A DNA stretch of 20,000 bases from Chiloscyllium plagiosum (taxonomy: Eukaryota), in the NCBI RefSeq assembly GCF_004010195.1, contig NC_057719.1:49643625-49663624 (forward strand), written 5' to 3'. This document shows, piece by piece, positions 11,785-20,000 of this stretch. Within the stretch, counting starts at the first letter, position 1; each line of letters begins with the position of its first letter. The notes below the pieces were generated by a model, which did no database searches, was not told the origin of the DNA, and saw nothing but the letters and a program-made list of their open reading frames with translations. Position numbers and translations under genes: made by a program.

Positions 11785-12395
11785 TTGCCTGTCCTCGGAT
11801 GCTGCCTGAATTGCTGTGCTCTTCCAGCACCACTAATCCAGAATCTGGTTTCCAGCATCTGCAGTCATTGTTTTTACTTCAGTGTGGTGAATGGCCTGTT
11901 TCCACATTGTGTGGATTCTATCCTACCTTCAAGGGTCTCTGTACCTGCCACATCAAAGTCTCTCTGTTTGTCTGCACTTCCTTGGGTACTCGCATGTCGC
12001 TATATCGAACATTAACAGCACAGAAATCAATTACCCTTTTGACCACGAAAAAAAACGCTAAAGTAATATGTAAATCTGGATAATAATGAGAAAAAAAAAG
12101 AAATACACAAGGAAACTGACAAATTGTTGGGCTCCCTGATCCAATGGAAATTATATTCAACTGTGGAGACAAGTTCATGGAACTTGAAAAGCTTTCTCTT
12201 GTAAAGGGCTGCTCTTCTGTCCAACAAAATAATGGAACTAAATAATCTGAGGATTGTGCGAAGCAGTTTTACGAACCTTTCGCTAATCTTGCACTGTGAA
12301 AGTGAAACATTTCAGAGAGCGGGGAATACGGCAAATCCTGACTGAAGTTTTACATCGCTGAAAGCCCCCTCTCCCCCAGCCCGCATTGCACCTAC

Positions 12396-12636
12396 TTTGC
12401 CTGAGGCTGGGGAGGGGACGAGAGCCATTTCGCACCGCCTTCAGGGGAGGAAGTTCGCTTCTTCCGAGCAAAGAGGCTGCTTTCAGGTGGCCGTGTGTCA
12501 GCCAGTCCCCGGCGGCCACAAGCGAGCTGCTTGTCCGGCGACTGCCATGCACTCCGGGGCAAATACCCGCCTGGGATGCAGGTACCGGCCTCACCCGGAT
12601 CAGCTTGTGCTGGCCTCTTGACCATCCTGAACCCAT
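12396..12636 (-). CDS. CCDC198: Coding exon 1 of a CCDC198/FAME-like gene (MGSGWSRGQHKLIRVRPV...SELPPLK...LRQ)
   Basis: ATG at 12636 in strong Kozak context (GGCGAAG-ATG-G). MGxxxS myristoylation motif. Donor A|GTAGGT at 12395 gives 241 nt (phase 1), in frame with the exon at 7412-7330. The N-terminus and LPPL at residues 62-65 match my recollection of human CCDC198 (MGLSHSKTHLRVIKVAPL...QLPPL). Not verified by search. Confidence 0.8.
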
Positions 12637-12675
12637 CTTCGCCGTTGCACTCTCTAAAGCCTCAGAGCACCTCTA

Positions 12676-12698
12676 TGTGTGTGTGTGTGTGTGTGTGT
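12676..12698. repeat. (TG)n microsatellite about 40 bp upstream of the ATG
   Basis: About 11 TG units seen directly. Confidence 0.95.
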
Positions 12699-12779
12699 TA
12701 GTCGCCAGTCTTAGATTGTCTTGGAGATTTCCAATGCAATGATCAACTGCAATGGAAACTTCCCCGGGGGTGGGTTTCT

Positions 12780-12793
12780 GTTACCGAGGTAAC
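12780..12793. promoter_or_regulatory. RFX X-box
   Basis: GTTACC-GA-GGTAAC, perfect inverted 6-bp half sites matching GTNRCC(N0-3)RGYAAC, 144-157 bp upstream of the ATG. Confidence 0.65.
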
Positions 12794-13055
12794 GCCCCTG
12801 TTACACACTCACCAGCCCGGGTTAAAGAGTGATCGTGCCCAGTCAAGTCATTGAGCAACACAGCACGCCCCGAGCCTTCTACCAACTGGAAAATGTTGGA
12901 ATTCAGTCATGCCTGGCCTGCAGACACTGACAGGGATTAATCAGCTCTGGATAACATGTTGCACCATGCCCCGGACCTGGTTACTTTGCTCATTACTGTC
13001 TTTATTTTGCCAACGAAAGATGCATTGAAAGAGCTAAAGGGCGGGTCGTATTGTG

Positions 13056-13207
13056 ACAATGAAACAAAGTACTGCAGATGTTGGAGATCTGAAACAAACA
13101 AAAATAGAAATTGTTGCAGAAACTCAGCAGTTCTGGCAGCATCTGTGGAGAGAAAGCAGAGTCATGTAGTCATAGTTAACATTTCGAGTCCAATAACCCT
13201 TCTCAGT
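13056..13207 (-). mobile_element. Old Penelope-type pLTR fragment with a degenerate hammerhead
   Basis: Minus strand CUGAGA-AGGGU(UAUUGG)ACUC-GAAA-UGUU (core missing one base), followed by CAGATGCTGCCAGA...CCAACATCTGCAGTA, which parallels the 11800-11878 pLTR tail. Confidence 0.65.
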
Positions 13208-13284
13208 CCCTTCCCAATGTTGCTCAGCAGATTTCACTCCCCATCTTCACCTTGGCTCACTATGCTCACCTCTGAGAACATGAC

Positions 13285-14535
13285 ATAAACTATCAGTAAG
13301 AGAAGGCTATTCAGCCCTCAGAGTCTACTCTGTCATTTAATGAGATCATGGTTGGTCTTCTAGCTCAACACCATTTCTCCACATTATCCCCATATCGATG
13401 TTTTTAAGATGTGAAAATCTATCAATCTCAGTTATGAACATAATTAACCAGCAATTCCCCCATAGCCCAAAGGGAGAGAGAATTTCAAAGATTCACCACT
13501 CTCTAACTGAAGAAATTCCCATCTCGGTCCTAAATGGTGTGCCCCTGACTCCAAGATTGTGCCCCCCGGTTCTCGCTTGCATTTACATTGTCAAGCTCTG
13601 TAAGAACCTTGCATGTTTGAATGGAATCACCTTTTCTTCTTCTAAACTTAAGGGAATATAGGCCTAGTTGATCTTGTCTTTTCTTACAGGACTAAACCAT
13701 CATCCCAGGAATTAGGTCCGGGATCCTTTGTTATACTCCCTCGATGACAAGTATATCTTTCCTTAGCTAAAGAGACCAATACCATGTACAATATGCCAAG
13801 TGTGAACTCGCTAATGCTCTGTATAATTGTGTGATGATGCTACTCCATTAACAAGGTTATTTTTCCTTAATTTTCTTTCAGGTAGGTTGTAAAAGACACA
13901 GACTCCAAAACATCTAAGTTGAAGGGTTTTAGGGCTAATTTGATTAAAGCTAACAGATACTGCCTCAAGCAAAAGGCTTTCAAGTTAAAAGAAACACATG
14001 TACAATGAAAGGGGAGTGGCCAGTTCTCCCAGCTCAGCTTTTCTCTGGTTTGGTTTGGTTTTAGCACAGTAGTGTTCTGAAGCTGCTGGACCCAAAGAAG
14101 CAGATTCAGGCTGGTCCTCTCTCTCTGACTTCTCTCCCATAAGACCCTGTGTTTGATTTTTCCTTTAGTGCCAAGGGGTGTTTATGGGGATTGTTGCAAG
14201 TATTGGGAACAGCATCATTAAGTTGGGATGATGTGTTGGGTTTTCGGATAGGTTAAGTTATTCGGTATTCTCTTTTGTTTGTGTTTCATTCAGTAATCTT
14301 GTAAATAAATTCTGTTTAAAACTACATGGCTTGGCCAATTGCATCCCTCCTGGAATATTTGTGTTACACCTGCTTAAAACAACTAGCAAAGTTAGCTTCT
14401 GGGCTACTCTCTTGAAATGTTTTGAGGGGTTCGGCGTGAACCATAACAATTGCAGCAAGACATCTTCACTCCAACACTCAAATCCTCTTGTAGTAAAGAT
14501 GAATATGCCATTTGTTTTCTTAATTGCTTGTTAAC
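13285..14535 (-). mobile_element. Old CR1 3' fragment interrupted by the solo LTR
   Basis: CR1-like 3' sequence reads through ...GCTCTGTATAATTG|CAGCAAGACATC... once the LTR and one ATTG are removed. Confidence 0.65.
13830..14448 (+). mobile_element. Solo LTR (619 bp) with 4-bp TSD
   Basis: Ends TGTGATG...CATAACA (TG..CA, 6/7 inverted match). TSD ATTG at 13826-13829 and 14449-14452. AATAAA near 14304. Confidence 0.85.
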
Positions 14536-14599
14536 TTCTAACAAAGATTACCTGAGATTTTTATGCTCATCATCAAATTATAGAATAGATAAAGCACTG

Positions 14600-15540
14600 C
14601 ACTTGGCTTGTTGAGACAATGCTGTCTGTCTGAAAGAGTAATGTAATTAATTCCACTCTTTTCCCTGTAGCCATTCAAATTATTTTCCTGCAAATAGTAA
14701 ATAACTTTCATTTTGAAAGCTGTGATTGAACCTGCCAATCCGTTCCAAATCATAACCCTCTACTGCATAAAAAGGTTTCCCTTAAATTCCCTTTGATTAT
14801 TTTACCAGTTATCTTAAATCAGTGTCCCTTCAACCAATCGGAGCAATTTGTCCCTATCTATCAAGACTGTTCATGCATTTGAACATTTTCATCCAAACAA
14901 CTCTCAGCCTTCTTTAAGAAGAATAAGCCCAGCTTTTGTATCATGTAACTGAAATCCCTCATCCATGAAACCATTTGCATAAATCATTCGGGTTCCCTCT
15001 TTAAGGTTCAGTTGAGATCAATCCCGTATATATAAAGGTGCATAACAATTTCCTTGTTTACTTCATGCCTCTATTTTCATGATCAGGATCTTTTATTCCT
15101 TTTTACCATTATTCTTAAACTTGTTCTGAATTCCCCAATCAGAGGAAATAGATTTATTATACCTGTAGGCACTGAATTGCTTTGACATTTTAAAGAGCTT
15201 GATTGGACCATTGTTTAAGCTTCTGAAGTCAAAGAAATGCAAACCACATTTATGTTTCTTGTCTTAATAATGTAACCCTACTATTTCTGATATCATTTGA
15301 GTGGCTGTCCAATGTCTCTTTTTAATCCTCAATGCCAAAAATTGAATATAGTATTCCTACTGGAGTCTGTCTAATGTTCTAGAGACTGACCCTACGTTTC
15401 TCCATCTTTGAATTCTTACTCAGTTTGAAATAAAAGCCAACATTCTATTTGCCTTATTAATCACTTTTTGTAAGTGCCTAGCAGCTTATATTCATTTTTG
15501 TTCATGGATACCTAAGTCTCTTTGCTCTTAAGTTTTAGTT
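14600..15540 (-). mobile_element. Cluster of highly decayed CR1 3' fragments
   Basis: Weak CR1 3' motifs (for example AATAAGCCCAGC, CTGAAATCCCTCATCC and ATAAAAGCCAACATTCTATTTGCCTT). Boundaries are approximate. Confidence 0.45.
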
Positions 15541-15626
15541 ATTATGGTATATTATTTTTAATTTTCCAGCCATTTTTAAAAATCAGTTTTATTGTTTCTC
15601 CTGTTACTTCTGCTTCCATGTGTTAT

Positions 15627-15697
15627 GGTAAGATAAAGGATGGGCAATAAATGCTGGCCCAGCCAATGACACCACACTGCATGAACGAATGACCAAA
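15627..15697 (+). mobile_element. Isolated 3' tail of a CR1/L2-group LINE or DeuSINE/SINE3-type SINE
   Basis: GGATGGGCAATAAATGCTGGCCCAGCCAATGACACC...CATGAACGAATGA resembles the recalled tail shared by SINE3/DeuSINEs and their partner LINE. Confidence 0.55.
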
Positions 15698-16038
15698 AAG
15701 TCCAAACAGATCTTCTTCCACCTTTAACAAAATGATACAACAGTTGCCTTGTTGAGAGTAGCTTAGTACTCCTTTGTTATTCAATACTTTTTTCAGAATG
15801 GTATCAGGCTTGCTCCCATGTTGTTTGGTAATTCCAACATGCACTGCACATTCAACAATGGGTCTCATATAACTATTTAACTCATAAAATACATTATGAC
15901 GCTTAAGAAGACATTGTTTGTTATGTCTACTCTTTATATGAATTTATTTTCCACTTATCTTAAAACAGTGTCCTCTGATTACCAGACAGTCATTAAAGTA
16001 AAAATAAAGCGTAAAACAACAAAAAAGATTGTAAATTA

Positions 16039-16369
16039 TCACAGAATCCCTCCAGTGTGGAAACAGGCCTTTTGGTCCAACAAGTCCACACCAACCCTCT
16101 GAAGAGTATTCCACCCAGACCCATTCCCCTGCCCCATTACTCTACATTTACACCTGACTAATGTACCAAACCTAGACACTCTTGAACACTATGAGCAATT
16201 TTGCTTGGCCAGTTCACCTAACCTGCACATCTTTGGATTGTGGGAGGAAAGCTACCCAGACATGGGGAGAATATGCAAACTCCACACAGACAGCCACCCG
16301 AGGCTGTAATTGAACCCAGGTCCCTGGCATTGTGAGGCAGCAATGTTACCACCGAGCCACCGAGCCACC
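16039..16369 (-). mobile_element. tRNA-derived SINE (HE1/V-SINE-like), near full length
   Basis: Minus strand A box TGGCTCGGTGG, B box GGGTTCAATTAC, TCTGTGTGGAGTTTGCATATTCTCCCC, and tail GGCCTGTTTCCACACTGGAGGGATTCTGTGA. Confidence 0.88.
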
Positions 16370-16489
16370 ATTATGCTCCCCTGAATGAAAACAGTTATTC
16401 TACACCTACTCCAGCAAACTATGGTGGAGCAGAAATTCAGGACCTTAGTGACCTCAATTGTCACAGAAAGGGTTGTCCATGCTGTTGTT

Positions 16490-16900
16490 GGGGGCTCCAG
16501 CTTTGGCTGCAGCTGGAGAAGAGAAGGTTGACTTTGATGGAGGTATTCAAATTCCTGAGGGGTTTTAATGGAGTAAATAGGGAACATCTTTCCTTAGCAG
16601 AAGGATCAAGAACTGGAGAGCCCAGAATTGAGGTAAATGGCAAAAGAAGCAATGGTGACATGAAGGAAGACCTTTCATGTGGTGAATGATTAGGATCTGT
16701 AATGTGTTGCCTGTCAGTATGGCGAAAACAAATTTAAGTGAGTTTCTCAAAAGGAATTTCGAATATTATCTGAAAAGGAAAAATGCTCAGGTTTACAGGG
16801 AAAAGGTAGAGGAGTGACATCAAATGAATTGGTCCTTCAGAGAGCAAGCACGGACACAATGGACCAAATAACCCCCTTCCATAGAAAAACAATCATGATT
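16490..16900 (+). mobile_element. Old CR1 3' fragment
   Basis: Degenerate LE(K)RRL....EVFK coding end followed by a 3' UTR ending ATGGACCAAATAACC...ATGATTCT. Confidence 0.6.
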
Positions 16901-17039
16901 CTTTATCCTGATATCCAGTTATCCTTTGGCTGGGACAATAGGGGGCATTAGGAAATTGAAGGCTGATTTCAACTATGTAGAATAATCAATTATCTTTCTA
17001 AAATTGACAGAAGAAATCTATGTATTCATAGCACCATTC

Positions 17040-17370
17040 TGCATAGAACTGGGTATCTGAACTCAGCTTGCCTGCAACAGCGCTTTGAAAAGGCGATCTA
17101 ATTAATCCCATTTCCCACTGTTCTTTCCTTGTAGATCAATTAATCTTTCATTTGGCATGTATGCACTGGCATTTCAAAGATTTCGTTTGAATCTACTTCC
17201 AACACCCTTTCAGGAAACATATCTGTGATCACCACAACTTTCAGAGTAATAGAAATTGTCCTCATCTCCTCCCATTACTGAGGATTGTTTTGCCAAATAT
17301 CTTAAGTCAGTACTATGTGATTATTGATCCTTCCATCTATGAGAACAGTTTCTCCTGATCTATCAATACC
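17040..17370 (-). mobile_element. Old CR1 3' UTR fragment
   Basis: Weak similarity to the other CR1 3' ends (AATTAATCCCATTTCCC, ACACCCTTTCAGG, GAACAGTTTCTC). Confidence 0.4.
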
Positions 17371-17534
17371 AATGTGGAACAGACATTCAGGACTCTAGAG
17401 GGTTTGACAGTTACAGAAAGGTTATCCATGTCTTGATTTGGGTTTCACATTTACCAGCAGCACGTGAGAGAGCTTGATTACTGTTTCCTGGCAGAAGTAG
17501 AAAAAGACAGGGCTATAGGTAATCGAATTATAGA

Positions 17535-19146
17535 TAGAGTCATAGAGTCTTGGAATGTATAGCACGAAAACAGACCCTTCGGTCCAACTCATCCATGCTG
17601 ACCAGATATCCCAACCCAATCTAGTCCCACCTGCCAGTACCCGGCCCATATCCCTCCAAACCCTTCCTATTCATATACCCATCCAGATGCCTTTTAAATG
17701 TTGCAATTGTNNNNNNNNNNNNNNNNNNNNNTAAACCTATGCCCTCTAGTTCTGGACTCTCACATCCTAGGGAAATGACTTTGTCTATTTATCTTATCCA
17801 CACCCCTCATGATTTTGTAAATCTTTATAAGGTCACCCCTCAACCTCCGATGCTCCAGAGAAAACAGCCCTAGCCTATTCAACCTCTCCCTATAGCTCAA
17901 ATCCTCCTATCCTGGCAACATCCTTGTAAATCTTTTCTGAGCCCTTTCGAGTTTCACAACAACTTTCCGATAGGAAGGAGACCAGAACTGCAGGTAATAT
18001 TCCAAAAGTGGCCTAATCAATGTCCTGTACAGCCACAACATGATCTCCCAACTCCTGTACTCAATACTCTGACAAATAAAAGAAGGCATACCAAACGCCT
18101 TCTTCACTATCCTATCTACCTGTGAATTCACTTTCAAGCTATGAATCTGCACTCCAAGGTCTTTTTGTACTGCAACACTCCCTAGGACCTTATCATTAAG
18201 TGTATGTCCTGCTCAGATTTGTGTTCCCAAAATGCAGCATCTCGCATTTATCTAAACTAAACTCCATCTGCCACTTCTCAGCCCACTGGCCCATCTGATC
18301 AAGATCCCATTGTAATCTGAAATAACCTTCTTCGCTGTCCACTGCACCTCCAATTTTGGTGTCATCTGCAAAATTACTAACTATTCCGCTGTGCTCACAT
18401 CCAAATCTTTTATATAAATGATGAAAAGTGGTGGACCCAGCACCGATCCTTGTGGCACTCCACTGGTCACAGGCCTCCAATCCTAAAATCAACCTCCACT
18501 ACCACCCTCTGTCTTCTACCTTTGAGCCAGTTCTATATCCAAATGGTTAGTTCTCCCTATATTCCATGAGATCTAACCTTGCTAACTAGTCTCCATGGGG
18601 AACCTTGTCGAATGCCTTACTGTAGTCCATATAGATCACGTCCACCATTCTGCCCTATCAATCCTCTTTGTTACTTCTTCAAAAAATTCAATCAAGTTTG
18701 TGAGACATGATTTCCCACGCACAAAGCCATGTTGACTATTCCTAATCAGACCATGACTTTCCAAATACATGAACATCCGTCCCTCAGGATTCCCTCCAAC
18801 AACTTGCCCACCACCGATGTCAGGCTCACTGGTCTATAGTTTCCTGGCTTGTCCCCTTTTTGCCCTCCTGATTTCCCTCTTAAGTATACTCCTACTGCCT
18901 TTATACTCATCTAAGGATTCACTCGATCTATCCTGTCTATACCTGACATATGCTTCCTTCATTTTCTTAACCAAAACCTCAATTTCTTTAGTCATCCAGC
19001 ATTCCCTATACCTACCAGCCTTCCCTTTCACCCCGAAAGGAAAATACTTTCTCTGGATTCTCGTTATCTCATTTCTGAAGGCTTCCCATTTTCCAGCCAT
19101 CCCTTTACCTGCAAACCTCTGCGTCTAATCAGCTTTTGAAAGTTCT
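17535..19146 (-). mobile_element. CR1 LINE (HER1-like), 5'-truncated with an internal deletion at about 18851
   Basis: NFADDTKIGG, WAEKWQMEF..DKC..LHFG, LYRTLIRPLLEY..QFWSP and LERAQKRFTRMLPG. 3' tail (GACTCTAT)2 at about 17535-17554. Homologous to 1113-2372. Confidence 0.93.
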
Positions 19147-19277
19147 TTCTGGATTAGTGGTGCTGGAAGAGCACAGCAATTCAGGCAGCATCCGAGGACA
19201 GGCAAAATCGACGTTTCGGGCAAAAGCCCTTCATCAGGAATAAAGGCAGAGAGCCTGAAGCATGGAGAGATAAGCTA
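19147..19277 (-). mobile_element. Isolated Penelope-type pLTR arm with an intact hammerhead motif (19206-19241)
   Basis: Near-identical to 10684-10814. Minus strand CUGAUGA-A-GGGCUUUUGCCC-GAAA-CGUC. Confidence 0.85.
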
Positions 19278-19700
19278 CCCTCTCAGGCAACATGTTCCAT
19301 ATTTGACCCATCCCCTGGGTAATTTGCTTTTCCATCAGATCCTCGCGAAATGCTTCATTTTTCACTTTAACCTTAATTCAATTGGTCTAAGACATGCCTA
19401 CATCGCGGAAGTATTTATCACAATCGGCCCAGTCTATATCACTCACCATTATGTCTGCATCAATTGCCCCCTTAGCCTCTTCTGCTCCACAGACCCCAAA
19501 CAAAAGTTAACTTTTTGCTGAGACCTCTCACTTCAGGGAACATCCCGTGAAACCTCTCTGCAATCTCTGCAGTGCAATTGTTCCCTGCCGATTTTGTAGC
19601 GATTGGACCCGCGCAGACTGTGGACTAACCATATCTTTCTTTAGAGTCTGCAACAATACTTCCTTCCTCCTATATTCCACCCTGTGGCTGATGATTATGC
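19278..19700 (-). mobile_element. Old CR1 3' fragment
   Basis: Parallels 7600-8000 (CCCTCTCAGGCA..TTCCA, CCCCTTAGCCTCTTCTGCTCCA, AACATCCCGTGAAACCTC, TCCTTCCTCCTATATTC). Confidence 0.55.
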
Positions 19701-20000
19701 TTCCTTACGAACTTGCAGATGCAAGGACTACTGGGTTTTCAGTTCAGTACAACAGTGAACCTTTCATCGTTTTAAGTAAAGGTCCTGCTGAGAGCCCTGT
19801 CATTGACGGTGCCAGGAATCTTCACTGCCAAAACAAAACTTTCCTGAGCATAACGCACCGCCTTTCCCCCGGTACCTCCCGCTATATGCCTCATCATTAG
19901 AGCAGATGCGATCGGGAGGTAAGCTAAGAGAATGGAAGAGAGTCCATTCAGGTAGGATACTGTGACGATGCATAATAAATGTAACAGTGGAAATTGAAAG

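Larger units (their letters stand above)
10685..11879. mobile_element. Penelope-type insertion (second family) with inverted pLTR arms; the interior is hidden by an assembly gap
   Basis: 10684-10817 is a near-perfect reverse complement of 11709-11842, and both arms hold a hammerhead core. Flanking duplication CAG(A/T)GTGGTGAAT at 10672-10684 and 11880-11892. Confidence 0.8.
8036..11920 (+). mobile_element. tRNA-derived SINE (HE1-like) split into 8036-8287, 10674-10684 and 11893-11920 by two younger insertions
   Basis: A box TGGCTCAGTGG, B box GGGTTCAAGT and V-domain lie in 8036-8200. The tail GGCCTGTTTCCACATTGTGTGGATTCTA resumes at 11893, matching the tail of the SINE at 6756-7017. Confidence 0.8.
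12317..12900 (-). promoter_or_regulatory. CpG/GC-rich first-exon and promoter region of the CCDC198-like gene
   Basis: CpG dinucleotides are visibly enriched relative to the flanks. The sequence looks non-repetitive and overlaps the start codon. Confidence 0.6.

Noticed and set aside
10676..11809. Long ORFs of 309-377 aa
   Set aside because: Artefacts of translating through the N gap.
10684..11842. DNA transposon/MITE terminal inverted repeats
   Set aside because: The arms contain hammerhead cores, end asymmetrically and also occur as a solo copy (19147), which fits Penelope pLTRs better.
12590..12594. GTGAG donor after codon 14 of exon 1
   Set aside because: Phase 0, out of frame with exon 2, and it would drop the conserved LPPL motif.
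12386..12742. Plus-strand 118-aa ORF and overlapping short ORFs
   Set aside because: Antisense to exon 1 in GC-rich DNA and reads through a (TG)n repeat, with no recognisable motifs.

Overview
Vertebrate genomic DNA, very likely from a cartilaginous fish (inferred from HE1-like tRNA SINEs, HER1-like CR1 LINEs and shark-type Penelope pseudo-LTRs). Most of the window is decayed transposable elements. The only host gene I can support is on the minus strand: two coding exons (12636-12396 and 7412-7330) that splice in frame into an N-myristoylation-type protein resembling CCDC198/FAME (C14orf105). It has a CpG-rich 5' region with a perfect RFX X-box. Mobile elements: two 5'-truncated CR1 LINEs plus older CR1 fragments; a Neptune-type Penelope element with an inverted 3' copy and a 12-bp flanking duplication; a 5'-truncated Tx1/L1-type LINE with a 16-bp TSD; a second Penelope-type inverted pLTR pair around an assembly gap; three tRNA-derived SINEs; and two related LTRs, one a complete solo LTR with a 4-bp TSD. 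Six minimal hammerhead ribozyme motifs occur in Penelope-type pLTRs. I found no wholly new biological system. The best leads are the hammerhead/inverted-pLTR architecture inside the gene's introns, a doubly interrupted SINE, and the X-box upstream of a myristoylated CCDC198-like gene. All family and gene calls come from motif recognition without database searches.
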